DNA of 64,000 bases from Candidatus Bathyarchaeota archaeon. Its GTDB lineage: Archaea; Thermoproteota; Bathyarchaeia; Bathyarchaeales; Bathycorpusculaceae. A program made the translations under genes and the position numbers. Location of the stretch: assembly GCA_963827165.1 (NCBI GenBank), contig CAWGZR010000003.1, positions 128,001-192,000 of the forward strand. Reading direction: 5' to 3'. Below are positions 19,410 through 29,992 of this stretch, one piece after another. Each line of letters starts with the position of its first letter. The first letter of the stretch is position 1. Under the pieces are notes generated by a model. It was not told where the DNA came from and searched no databases. It was given only the letters and a program-made list of their open reading frames with translations.

Positions 19410-21340
19410 GTAGGGTAAAGGGCAGGATTGCTCCTGTCCCTCCCGCATCGAACCGTGCTTGCGATTTTCCCGCACACGGCTCTCCGAGATGCTTCACCAC
19501 ACAGCACACGGCGGATTTACAGCATGAAAGATTCTGCCGTTTAGCTTCGCAAGCCCATACTTTTAACACTCCAGAAAGCCGCCCAGCGCATACGACAACC
19601 TTGTATAGTGATGCCTAAAACACATGAATTTAGCGAATTTCCACTCGATAAATCGTTGAAGATGATTGTACGTCTCCGCAGCATTGGAATGGTTAAAATA
19701 ATTCGACCAGCCAAATATCAGCCTGTTAAGCTCCAAAGCTAACTTCTCCTCATCCTTCAGATGAACTACACTTTTCGATGTCAAAGCGCCAACTTTACCT
19801 TTGAACCGCTTAACCGCATCCTTAGACGGGAAGAACAAAGTCACCATCTTCCCACGCCTTGCCCTGTATCGCCTAATGAAGTGAAAGCTAAGAAAATCAA
19901 ACCCTTCCGCCGCCTTAGCAATCCGCGATTTCTCCTTATTCAACTCCAAACCTAACTCGCCTAAAAGATACTCCAAAACGTACCAGATGTACCCCGCTTC
20001 CTCCCCGCTCGTAAAGATAACCATGTCGTCAGCGTACCTAACCATCTGCGCGTTCTCCCTACACCTGTCATTCATGCCAAGCTCAGTCCATCTTCTATCA
20101 AGCCTATCAAGGAAAATATTCGCCAAGAGCGGCGAGACAACCCCGCCCTGAGGAGTCCCCTCATCAGGAAACTCCACGCTTCCATATGGACAACTCCCGC
20201 CCTAAGCCATTCCTTGATAAGCTTAAGCACGTAGCCGTCAGCCACTCTATCCCCGACAAAGCAGAGCAGCCGCTCATGATTGACGTGGTCGAAGAACCCC
20301 CTGATATCCACATCAACAACGTTGCATAGACCATAATGGAGCCACTTGCGAATCTCAACCGTTGCATGCTTCGCTGACCTCCCTGGCCTGTACCCGTAGC
20401 TAAAGTCCGCAAAGTCCGCCTCGAAGATAGGCTCCACTACGAGCCTAACTGCCTGCTGCACCACCCTATCCTTCACTGTTGGAATGCCCAAAGGACGCAT
20501 CCCACCACTACGCTTCGGAATAAACACCCTCTTAACGCATTGTACCATGTACGTTTCTGTTAAGAGCTCACGCTTTATCTCCGCAAGAAACTGTTCTTCA
20601 CCGCTTTTCTTTATGTCGTCAATTGTCTGTTTGTCTACGCCTGCCGCGCCATAGTTGTCTTTAACTCTTTTCCATGCTTCTTTCAGTAAGTCCGTCCTGC
20701 ACACCTTATCATGCAGACTGTAGAACTTCCTGTTCTTATCCGCCTTCGCCGCTTGGTAAAGACTGCTCTGAAGTTCTCTAACGGACTTCAAACGAAGCAT
20801 AACCTCCTACTCCCTTGCGGGAGAATGGACTCGTTTATGAACTCAGAGCAGTCACGCACACAAGTAAGGCTCCTTCTCTTAGGCAGCGTTGTGCTGTCGC
20901 CGCCCTCACCGATACTGTGAGCCTCTCCGACTCCCCATGATGCATTGCCAGACCCTTCGCTCAAAGAGCTTATAGCCTGAACTACCAGAACCGTCAAGCA
21001 TGATAGCTGGGGTAACGGCTCTGGACAAAGTGGGGTCTCCCAAGTTACCCTGTATGGCTTTCCCCGCATGCGACCGCCGTGACACCGAAGAAGCAGCACC
21101 ACAAGTGGACTGCGGGTGTGGTACTGTAATAGTCTTCGCATAATTGGCACTAGCTCGACCTTCTTTCAAGGAACTCACGGTGCTACATTGCGTTCGCTTT
21201 CGCTGCCGCCTGCGGTTTTGCTTCTGGGCAGCTTCAGCCAGAGGATTGCTCCCGCTAACTGTGCCCATAGCTACTCGGGCAAATCCACCATTCCCGAGAC
21301 CAAACTCACATCGGTTAGTCATACAGCTTCCTTGGCGCAC
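19410..21340 (-). mobile_element. Group II intron (1931 nt)
   Basis: 5' GTGCG at 21340; domain V GAGCCGTGTGCGGGAAAATCGCAAGCACGGTTC; ends CCCTAC at 19410; ligated exons restore NVEVMWLMKKLTPD. Confidence 0.95.
19563..20800 (-). pseudogene. ltrA: Group II intron reverse transcriptase/maturase, frameshift near 20180, no endonuclease domain
   Basis: GAAGVD, RPLGIPTVKDRVVQ, SYGYRPGRS, GTPQGGVVSPLLANI, RYADD, GWSNYF. Confidence 0.9.
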
Positions 21341-21807
21341 ACCACATGACCTCAACGTTTCGATGGCACTCACGTTCCAGCTTTCTGCTTGAACGAACCT
21401 GATTCAGGTATCCGAAACATAGAGTTTTAGAAGATCCGCGGGGTCGTATGAGGGTCTTCCAACCTCAGCCGGTACAGATGCTTGAAGCCGAGTTTCTCCA
21501 AGTTGAGGCTGTCAGCGAAGGCGCCAATGAACCTGATTGGGTTTTCTTTATCCACATATTCTTCGAGCGTTTCTGGGAAGAGGGCTTTCTGGTTTCTGTT
21601 GAGGTCTTCTACATGTTCGCTCATGGCTCATCAGTTGCTTTAAAGCTCAGTCTAGATTTAAGGTTAACGGTAAATAGCAAGCAAAGAAAGAGACTTTTCA
21701 CACAATCTCAACAACAATGCGCGTTTTCTTGACCTAATAAATGCTTTAGGGCGGTTACACCTAATGGTGAAAAGTTCAGCTCGGAAAAAAATAGCAAATC
21801 AACACAT

Positions 21808-22110
21808 TCAGTTTCCAGGCTTTTTTTTGGTTTCAAGATACCATACAATAAAGACGTTAAATACTATGATGGCTATCATTACCAAAAGGGGCGTATTATC
21901 AACAACAGAAAGAACGCCAACAGGTGGCTCGGAAGAATTTGGAATTGCCCAAATAGTAATAGACAAAATCTTGTAATCAACCCCGCCTGCGTGAATTGAA
22001 AGCCACGCATACATATCTGCAACAACATAGAAACTTGCCATAAGTATGTTAAGAAGAACTGCTTTAATCCAAATCTTCAATCTGTCGCCTACATTTTTAT
22101 TTCTGTGCAA
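21808..22110 (-). CDS. Small 2-TM membrane protein
   Basis: Two hydrophobic segments and a basic C-terminus. Confidence 0.6.
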   Translation of the reverse strand: MHRNKNVGDRLKIWIKAVLLNILMASFYVVADMYAWLSIHAGGVDYKILSITIWAIPNSSEPPVGVLSVVDNTPLLVMIAIIVFNVFIVWYLETKKKPGN

Positions 22111-22144
22111 AGATATTTTAGGTTTTTGGTCTAGTTTTTTTTGT

Positions 22145-23072
22145 TGTTCTATCTAGAAAATGCCTTACACTCTTGCATCGTAATATAACGCGAGAGTGGA
22201 GAGGGTTTGGACAGAGATTCAGATCAGTTAAAAGCGTGGATCATAAAGAAGAGATTGCAAGGTTGGTCGGTTACAAAAATTTGTGCATCTGCAAGGATAA
22301 GCAGGGACATGTTTTATCGTTGGTGGAGGCGCTATCAAGCAGAAGGCAAAGATGGCCTGAAAGGAAAAGCCAGAGGCAGGCCAAAGGGTTTGGACGTTGA
22401 AGACTCACTTAAAAAGAAAGTCGTCAAGCTGCGAGAAAGATATGAGTGGGGACCCAAAAAGATTGCTGGAAGCCTCAGACTCAAGGGTTACAAAGTAGAC
22501 AACAATGAGGCCTACCGGATCATCTGCCAAGCAGGTTTAAACCACCGCATAACGGAGCCTAGAAAGACCTGGGGAACCAAACGTTTCCAAAGGGAGCATT
22601 GCAACAGCCTCTGGCAAGCTGATTTCAAATTGTGCAATGACGACTGGTGGATGATAAGCTATCTCGATGACCATTCCAGGTTCATCACTGGATCGGTTAA
22701 GATTTGGAGTCCTACGGGTGAGAACGCTATGTTGCTGCTTGACAGGGCGGTTAAGCGGTATGGTGCTCCAAAGCAGATTCTCACAGATCAGGGAACTCAG
22801 TTTAAGCCTGCAAGAGGAGAAACATCCGCTTTTGACATTCACTGCACTGACCTGGGCATTGAGCATATTTGTGCCAGCGTTCGCAGGCCAACTACTTGTA
22901 GCAAAATTGAGGCTTTCCATAAAGCCTACGAGCTGGAGTCTCACCTCTTCAAAGAGCACTGGAGCTTCATCCGCTACTACAATTACACCAGACCACACGA
23001 AGGAATAGGCTATTTAACTCCAGCTGAAATATACCTAAAAGAGAAAGTGTAAGGCTATTTCTAAATAGAACA
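22145..23072 (+). mobile_element. IS481-family element
   Basis: TGT...ACA 27-bp imperfect TIRs (TGTTCTATCTAGAAAATGCCTTACACT); TTGT duplicated on both flanks. Confidence 0.9.
22207..23052 (+). CDS. IS481 family transposase (rve domain)
   Basis: FYRWWRRY HTH, WGPKKI, WQAD, DDHSR, TDQGTQF, KIEAFH, YNYTRPH. Confidence 0.92.
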   Translation: MDRDSDQLKAWIIKKRLQGWSVTKICASARISRDMFYRWWRRYQAEGKDGLKGKARGRPKGLDVEDSLKKKVVKLRERYEWGPKKIAGSLRLKGYKVDNNEAYRIICQAGLNHRITEPRKTWGTKRFQREHCNSLWQADFKLCNDDWWMISYLDDHSRFITGSVKIWSPTGENAMLLLDRAVKRYGAPKQILTDQGTQFKPARGETSAFDIHCTDLGIEHICASVRRPTTCSKIEAFHKAYELESHLFKEHWSFIRYYNYTRPHEGIGYLTPAEIYLKEKV

Positions 23073-23256
23073 TTGTTTTTTTGTCTTTTCCCAAGTTTTT
23101 ATAGATATAGCTTTTCTACAGGAACTTAGTGACGAAGCCTCAATACACATTCCTGTTTCTCGCGCATTTGAAAAAGTGGATCGCCATGAAAATCCTAGTT
23201 CGTCCGCTAAATTCGTCCATCTTTGGAATTAATCTTAATAATCGATGTGCTACTTT

Positions 23257-24541
23257 CATAAAAAAAGACGGGATGTAAAGGCTTTTTTCTGGATAGACCT
23301 CCGATAAGCCATATAATATCGGAGGATACGTGAAATGAGTGGAGTGGTAGTCGGATTAGATGTTCACCTGAAGAATACTCAGGTAACAGTCATGAAATTG
23401 AATGGGGAAGTAGTGAAAACAGAAAGAGTTAGAACCAACAAAGCTGACCTTCGAAGGTCATTGGAGTCGGTTCCTAAAGGAAGCAAAGTAGCATTGGAAT
23501 CTGTTGGTTTCTGTTGGCCTTGGATTGATTTTCTACATCAGCTTGAGTATGAGCCGCTGCTTGCTAACCCAGTGAAGGTAAAGTATCGAGCGGAAGATGT
23601 TAAAACAGATCGAGTAGATAGTAAGTTGTTGGCTGACTTAACGAGGATGAATTGGTTGCCAACGTGTTATGTTCCACCTGAAGAGTTAAGATGGCTACGA
23701 AACCTGCTCAGACACCGAGCTTACCGGACCAAACTTTGTACAGCTATGAAGAATAGAACCAAGTCCGAATTTAGAAAACGCGATATTGACCTGGAGACTA
23801 ATTTGGGTACGTTGAAAGGAAGAAAGCAGCTTCTAATCTTGGCATTTTTGAAGTGAATCAGAACGTGGAGCTGCTGGATCTGATGGACAGGCAAACTAAG
23901 GAGATTGAAGCCATGCTTAGAAGGAAATATGGGCAGGTGAAGCCTGTTTTGCTGCTTATGACTATTCCCGGGATTGGTTTTCTGTCTGCATTAACTTTGT
24001 ACGCTGAGATCTGCGACATTAAACGGTTTAGTAATCCTGAGAAGCTTGCGCATTATGCGGGTTTGGTGCCTCGTGTTCATCAATCAGGTGAGCATGCGTT
24101 TACGGGTAAGGAAACGAAGGGTGATGCTTGGTTGAAGTGGATTTTGACTGAAGCTTCTTGGTCGCATGTTCATTTTTGTCCTGAGGGTCATCTTGCTCAG
24201 GTGTTTAAGGATGCTCGGCGGAGGAAGGGGAATAGCAAGGATGCGATTAAGATTGTGGCTCGTAAATTGGTGAATGTGGTTTGGGCTGTTTGGGCGTATG
24301 AGAGAGAGTTCATGGTAAAGTAAGACAAGCAGCTAAGGAGATCTCCTGCCTTTTTCTGCGGCTTGACCGCTTAAAAAAGAATGGGGTGTTTCTTTGCTGT
24401 TGGCTGAAGCCGTATTGCGATTTGGTTCGCTGATAAGAGAATGTTGTCTGAAATACAGTTGTAGAAAAGGATTTAAGAAAAAAAGGAGGTTGAGGTAGTA
24501 GAGGTCTGTTCGGTTAGGGCTTTCGTCGTCTTCTTACATAA
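23257..24541 (+). mobile_element. IS110/IS1111-type element (ends approximate)
   Basis: CATAA at both junctions; imperfect subterminal IRs AAGACG..AGACCTC / GAGGTCT..CGTCTT; ~200-bp 3' non-coding region. Confidence 0.7.
23335..24323 (+). pseudogene. IS110 family transposase, frameshift near 23830-23856
   Basis: GLDVH, ALES, KTDRVD (DEDD domain); TIPGIG, YAGLVP..QSG, ARKL. Confidence 0.88.
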
Positions 24542-24604
24542 GAGAAAAAAGAATGGTTCTTAGGATGCTATAATGTCCAAATTAGCAAAAGCATCATTGA
24601 ATCA

Positions 24605-26572
24605 TTACCAATACAGGTATTGTGCAGTGATTGTCGTGTCAGAAGTTATGGGAATAGATGCTCCATCCGCGTAGTAAGCGCCTCCATCTTGCAGGTCAAG
24701 AAACTGCAGGTAACCGCCAGAGCCAGGGACTGCAATAGTGTGATATCCCAATGATATCGGTATAGACAATGGTGTGTATCCAACCAAGTTACCGTCAATA
24801 CCGACAGGCACACTGCCCTGCCCGTATTGATCCGTAGCGTACATCGTCAATGTGTAAGTCGGGATATAATTATAATACGCCGTTATCGTCATGGCCTCCA
24901 AGGTTGTTATGTCTGCGGGATTTCCATACCAATCAGTGCCGTCGTAGAAGCCGATGAAAGCGCCTCCACCGTCTGCGTCTGGCGCTTGAAATACGTGATC
25001 GAGATCCGACAAATCAAAAACGTTACCGCTTGAAACCCAGTTGCCATCTATCGAAATCGGAATGCCATTAACATAGTTACCACTAGACTCATCAAATACG
25101 AGCACCGTCACTTCGGGATCAGCGCCTATTGCAACCGCGTCTACATACAGATTCACAGGATTGTTGCCTGGATCGTAGCCTGCTATGGAGATCCAATTGA
25201 AATCGCCCATATATTGGCCTACAGATATCCAATAATCGCTATTTTGTGTGATTGTTATGCTGTTTCCAATTTGAACCCAATGCTGGTCATCATTAGATAC
25301 ATAAACGTAGAGATCGCTGGAGTACCCTGGTGCTGAAGAACCGCGGATATAGATATTGCCGCCAGAAGGAGCGTTCATCTGTCCCGTTATATATCCCCCG
25401 CTGCCATAAACCGACCCGTATATTTCCGCGTCATCACCGTCCTTTGTACCTACGATATTGTATGGGTTGTTCACAACGCCATTTCCATAAGGACCCCACT
25501 GATTTGAAACAACACTTGACACGTATGTTTGACTGTGCATTTCCCAGTAAATGTCGTATTGATTGCCCTGTGTATAACAGCAATCTGGTCTTACTCCCGT
25601 TGGAGGATGCCCGTCATCTCCAAAAAGAATAGAGCCGCCATAGTGTTCAAAGGGATATGAGAATTCTAAATACGTTTGGAAGAATGGCACATTTGTAATT
25701 TGGGTAGTGCTAGGTCGCATGAGTCCTTCGACGCAACTCGCCGGAGAGTAGGCAGAGGAATCACATACGATAAAGTTAGTTGTCGGAACATTAATTGTGA
25801 CTGGTGCACAATGGTTGTCATATGTTGAGCTTATGTCTTCAAGAGTAAAAGTGACAGTATTGCTTGACGATGAATACAATGAAAATTGGTATTGGTCATA
25901 TGGAATATAAGTTGCATTAATTGATGGCCAGTAGTAATATCCGCTTGGAGAGTCTTGACAATAAAGAGTCCAAGTAGGTAAATCGTCTTCTGCGTCGAAG
26001 ATCACAACAAATTGGATCCATCGGTAGTTATTAGTCGTTCCCCAAGCAATGTTCAGGGGTTCATAGAACAGTTTGTCATCATATGATCCTGTAGTCATGC
26101 CTTGGATCGTATTTGGGACAGCTATGAACGTTCCACTGATCGTTAGTGGAGGGGCGTCGTATGGCAAAATTGACGGTTGCTGCCAAAAATCAGTCAAATG
26201 CCAATATTGTCGGGGGTCGTCTAAAGGAGAAAAACCGTTAGCTGAGACATTTGAATTGGTTGAAGGATCTGGTGTATTTTGCATTTGTCCTTGACTTAGG
26301 TTTAAGACCCTTTGAGGCAGAACCGTTACATTTGTTTCTGTATGACCTGTTATTATCGAGCCCGGTCCAAGATTAGCCGGGCCGCCGGTGGTGATCGGAG
26401 TCACATTATTAGTGAAGGCATTTCTCAAGGAGATCGTCGTATTGATGTTTGAATTTGTTGAATTACTTTCAGCCTTTGCTTGTGGTACGTACTTTGTGCA
26501 AGCGATAGAAGTAAGTAGAATAATGAGGATAATTGATGCTACTGCGAAAACTTTTATAGATTTTTTTATCAT
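24605..26572 (-). CDS. Large secreted multi-domain protein
   Basis: Signal peptide (AKA); beta-rich domain with WIQF and CVEG; C-terminal PEGA-like repeats (IDGNLVGYTP). Confidence 0.75.
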   Translation of the reverse strand: MIKKSIKVFAVASIILIILLTSIACTKYVPQAKAESNSTNSNINTTISLRNAFTNNVTPITTGGPANLGPGSIITGHTETNVTVLPQRVLNLSQGQMQNTPDPSTNSNVSANGFSPLDDPRQYWHLTDFWQQPSILPYDAPPLTISGTFIAVPNTIQGMTTGSYDDKLFYEPLNIAWGTTNNYRWIQFVVIFDAEDDLPTWTLYCQDSPSGYYYWPSINATYIPYDQYQFSLYSSSSNTVTFTLEDISSTYDNHCAPVTINVPTTNFIVCDSSAYSPASCVEGLMRPSTTQITNVPFFQTYLEFSYPFEHYGGSILFGDDGHPPTGVRPDCCYTQGNQYDIYWEMHSQTYVSSVVSNQWGPYGNGVVNNPYNIVGTKDGDDAEIYGSVYGSGGYITGQMNAPSGGNIYIRGSSAPGYSSDLYVYVSNDDQHWVQIGNSITITQNSDYWISVGQYMGDFNWISIAGYDPGNNPVNLYVDAVAIGADPEVTVLVFDESSGNYVNGIPISIDGNWVSSGNVFDLSDLDHVFQAPDADGGGAFIGFYDGTDWYGNPADITTLEAMTITAYYNYIPTYTLTMYATDQYGQGSVPVGIDGNLVGYTPLSIPISLGYHTIAVPGSGGYLQFLDLQDGGAYYADGASIPITSDTTITAQYLYW

Positions 26573-26616
26573 TTTCCTATATCTCCTTTGTTAATTTGGT
26601 TTTTATGACTGTCCTC

Positions 26617-26760
26617 TTTCTGCCCTTCCCTTAGGGCTAGGCGGTGACACGCCCCCAAGACAATTCAGCCTTGGCTTTTAATGGGGATGACTATAAACTG
26701 CCTGCCTTTAAGGCAGAGAAGTCACCTTTAGCATCTCCTCAGCGGTATTTCCTTATATTA
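26617..26760 (-). promoter_or_regulatory. Structured 5' leader behind a TATA-like box
   Basis: TAATATAAG at 26760-26752; stems GGTGAC/GTCACC, CTGCCT/AGGCAG, CCCCA/TGGGG, GCCCT/AGGGC. Confidence 0.45.
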
Positions 26761-26799
26761 TTTCTTATGTATTCCTATTCCTATTAGGATTAAGAATAC

Positions 26800-28145
26800 C
26801 AGTAGATGCGAATAATTAGCGCAATTTCGCTTCAGGGGCCTTTTGATTTGGTTGAATAGGCGCGCTGAAGACTTTGGCTGCGCATTATTTTAAAGAGCTA
26901 ACAGTTGAGTGGCGCCCTCAAGCCTGTAGAAACAGACGGCAAGACAAAACATAAACAAAAAACCTTCAGAAAAAGAAAACGTCACCTATCATTCCGCCTT
27001 AAACTTCACACTACACCTCAACGGTGCCAGTTATCCAAACGAATCTGACAGTCTGCATAAAACAGCAGGCGAAGACCACAAGCAAGAAAACTTCAGCCTC
27101 ACCACGATAACATGATCCTTTGCCCGAACGTTTAGAAGAACCCACACGTTATACAGCAAAACAGCCAAAACAAAATACCAGACCCTAACAGAGTAGTCAT
27201 CGCAAGTCGTCTTAGCAAAAAACTGGCCAATCATCCTATAACTGGTCTCAATCCCCCAACGCTTCTTATACAGCTTCAAAATACGCTTTGGCCGACCCGG
27301 CAGATTGGTGCCCAAAAAATACTGCATACCTTTACAGTCAACAGCCTCAACCACGTCAACCCAGACGCCTTTAGTGCAGTACGTGAAGCGTTTTTGGTAG
27401 CGTTTCCACCTCCAACGCCTACGGAGCTTAACTGTGTCACGCAAAGGAATGATGAAGCCAATGTTGCGGTCGATAAGCGCCTGCAGAAGCTTGACATCTT
27501 GGAAACCGTTGTCAAAGGCCACGTAAGAAACTGATTCAATGTTCTGCAATACTTGGTCAAGCAGCAAAAGAACTATTTGCCAGAGGTTATCTCTTGATAG
27601 CAGCGGAACGACTGCAAGCACAAGACGTTTGCCGGGCGTGATGATGCTGACGGTAAGGTAGCAGTAGGCATAGCTTGTTCCACGTTCAGGCTTGGTGCCT
27701 ACTACTCCTTCCTTACTGTGTTTTCCGTAGAATCGCACATCATGCCAATCAAACGCTACAGCGACGTTAGCTGTAACTAGTCGTTTTTTGGCAAGAATTG
27801 TTACGCATTTTGCAATCTGAGCTCTGGCGACTTGGAGGGTGTCGTTGATGGTTTGCGTTTTAAGGTAGGCTAGGACGGTTTCAGAGGTTGGTGTGCTTTT
27901 TCTTTTGGCTTTTTGTTTTCGGAGTGCGTTTGTGAGTCCTTCAGCGTAGCAGTTCATGAGGGCTATTCTGAGCATTACATCAATGATGTCGGTTTTTTGG
28001 TACCATGCGTGCTGCTTCATCTGGAAAGTGAAGATCGGCGAAACAAGTTCTTGAACAAAGCTCTTGAACTTCAAGAAGGCATTATCCAAATTTGTCCCAG
28101 GAAGATATCAGGCAAAAAGCTAGCCATAAGTATTCGCATCTACTG
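26800..28145 (-). mobile_element. ISH3-family element
   Basis: TIR CAGTAGATGCGAATA / TATTCGCATCTACTG; ATAC duplicated at 26796 and 28146. Confidence 0.9.
27031..28089 (-). CDS. ISH3/IS4-like DDE transposase
   Basis: AFDWHDVRFYG, GTSYAY, FDNGF, YKKRWGIETSYR (YREK). Confidence 0.92.
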   Translation of the reverse strand: MDNAFLKFKSFVQELVSPIFTFQMKQHAWYQKTDIIDVMLRIALMNCYAEGLTNALRKQKAKRKSTPTSETVLAYLKTQTINDTLQVARAQIAKCVTILAKKRLVTANVAVAFDWHDVRFYGKHSKEGVVGTKPERGTSYAYCYLTVSIITPGKRLVLAVVPLLSRDNLWQIVLLLLDQVLQNIESVSYVAFDNGFQDVKLLQALIDRNIGFIIPLRDTVKLRRRWRWKRYQKRFTYCTKGVWVDVVEAVDCKGMQYFLGTNLPGRPKRILKLYKKRWGIETSYRMIGQFFAKTTCDDYSVRVWYFVLAVLLYNVWVLLNVRAKDHVIVVRLKFSCLWSSPAVLCRLSDSFG

Positions 28146-28289
28146 ATACAGCTAAACTCCAATGCAATCGCATTATGATATTTTGTATAGGTGTTAAACA
28201 GTTCTTGGGTTGGGCTACATTTCAGATATTCCTTTATACTATCTATTGTTTCTGCGTATGCTTGATAGTATTCCATAGAAGGTGTTAGC

Positions 28290-28610
28290 TTGAATGTGAG
28301 CTTTAAACCAAGTGTCCAAGAACGAATGCTAAAAGCCTTCTTGGACTTGACAGTCCTGCAAATGCTAAAACAGCAATCCATGACCGCTTACCAGATTGAC
28401 AATTTAATTATGGAAAAGTACCACAGCAAAATAAGCCCAAGCGTAATCTATGCGAAGTTAGCGATTATGGAAAGACAGGCGTTAATAGAATGTCATCCAC
28501 ATCATGGAAAAACATATAGCCTTGCCGAAAAAGGCCAAGATCTTTTAGCTAACAAACATGAGATAATTAAAGAAATTCACAACTGTACAATAATTTTATT
28601 TGAAAGCTAA
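28290..28610 (+). CDS. PadR family regulator
   Basis: FLDLTVLQML..MTAYQI..ISPSVIY..YSLAEKG. Confidence 0.8.
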   Translation: MNVSFKPSVQERMLKAFLDLTVLQMLKQQSMTAYQIDNLIMEKYHSKISPSVIYAKLAIMERQALIECHPHHGKTYSLAEKGQDLLANKHEIIKEIHNCTIILFES

Positions 28611-28674
28611 CGAAGAAATGAAAGTAACTCTAATTTTCTGCCGTCTCTTTTTGATTGGCATTGGCCAAAATTTT

Positions 28675-29992
28675 CGTGCCGTTCCTTTGTAGGTTAGAAT
28701 TATAGGCTTACTCTCGCCTCTGTTGTGCTGTAAAAGCGAAACAGCTACGCGGAGGTGAAAGTAAGCCTGGAATACAATGATACACCTTTTAATTTAGACT
28801 TAGCTGAAATCATCCGGAACATCAGCATCCAGTCAAAGCTGCAACTTACCCGGCAAATCGAGGAATACCAACAACAAATCATAGCTTATCAGTGTGGTCC
28901 AAAGTACTCTCGTAATCATTCATTCAAGAGAGCAGGCGCTTACACAAAAGAGTTAACGACGCCGCTTGGAACTATTCGCTTCAAAGCCCAAAAAGTCAGA
29001 AGAAGACCGACAACACTGTCACTTGCCCTATCATTGAATGTTTAGACGTTAAACGACGTAAATACTCAACAGACCTAAGGATTAAACTGGCTGAATATGC
29101 GTCAAAAATGAGTTACCAAGACGCAAGCTTAGAATTTGAAACAGCCACAGGCATACGTGTTCCAAAAAGAACCATACACCGTTTCGTCCATGAAATAGCA
29201 CCAAGGCTGCTGAAAGCAAACAACCCACAAAATCAGCCTGAAGTTAAACTGACAAAGCTAATGGGAGACTCAACAGAAGTCCGAGCATTAGCAAGCCGAG
29301 AAATGAACATGGTCCACGTCCTCATATCACCCGACAACGGACAACTCCTCCATCTAGACGTTAACTGCGAATGGCCAAACTGCGAGACAGACACGCTCAT
29401 ATCAGACAAAGAACCTGCCCTAACAAACGCTGTAAACGCCAACCATCTTCAGCTCTGCATTCTACACGCAATTAAGTACTTGCTATTCACTTTGTGGGGA
29501 GAAGGCATGAGCAAAGATGACCGAGCAAAAGTCAAAGTTGCAGTAAAAGAAGCACTCCTCACTCTGGTAAACTCCACTAAGAAGCATCTGCAAGACAAAG
29601 ACTACGATAGTCTGCAAGAGAGAATCAACAAAACTCTAAAGATACTTAACGAAGTTGCCAGGCAACTACAAGAAGACGGCTACAGTAGAGCGGGAGAATT
29701 TCTTAAAAAGAACAGCCGATTCGTCGTTACCTTTGCGCAACTTGCTCTGCAGGGCATCAAAATACCCTACACCACCAACAGGATCGAGCGTCTCATGGGA
29801 GAAGTCTCTAAACGCTGCAAGCACAAATGGATGCACTGGTCAACACAAGGTCTCAAAGACATCCTCACAATAGTGCTCGTCAGGTATACAAACAAACAGC
29901 TCTACGAAGACTTCAAAAAAACATATATCCACAACACAATCATTCACTAGAACAGCATACAGCACAACTCTAACCTACAACTGCACAGCACC
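28675..29992 (+). mobile_element. ISH6-family element
   Basis: Imperfect TIRs containing TTGTAGGTTAGA; 8-bp AAAATTTT duplicated at 28667 and 29993. Confidence 0.88.
28755..29950 (+). pseudogene. ISH6/UPF0236-type transposase, frameshift near 29005
   Basis: CGPKYSR, TPLG, MSYQDA, QLCILH, TTNRIERLMGEV..WS. Confidence 0.8.

Larger units (their letters stand above)
18231..21624 (-). pseudogene. IS1182 transposase, frameshifted and intron-interrupted
   Basis: Pieces 21427-21624, 18655-19409 and 18231-18620 align with the intact copy. Confidence 0.9.
18143..21709 (-). mobile_element. IS1182-family element, degenerate copy containing a group II intron
   Basis: Ends CAGACTGTGTCAAAACTC and GAGACTTTTCACACAATCTC; homologous to copy 1. 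Confidence 0.85.

Noticed and set aside
19563-20800. DGR or retron reverse transcriptase
   Set aside because: Group II domain V/VI, the GTGCG start and exact exon ligation identify a group II intron; no TR/VR pair was seen.
20788-21392. ORFs in the 5' part of the intron
   Set aside because: They overlap structured ribozyme domains and have no protein motifs.
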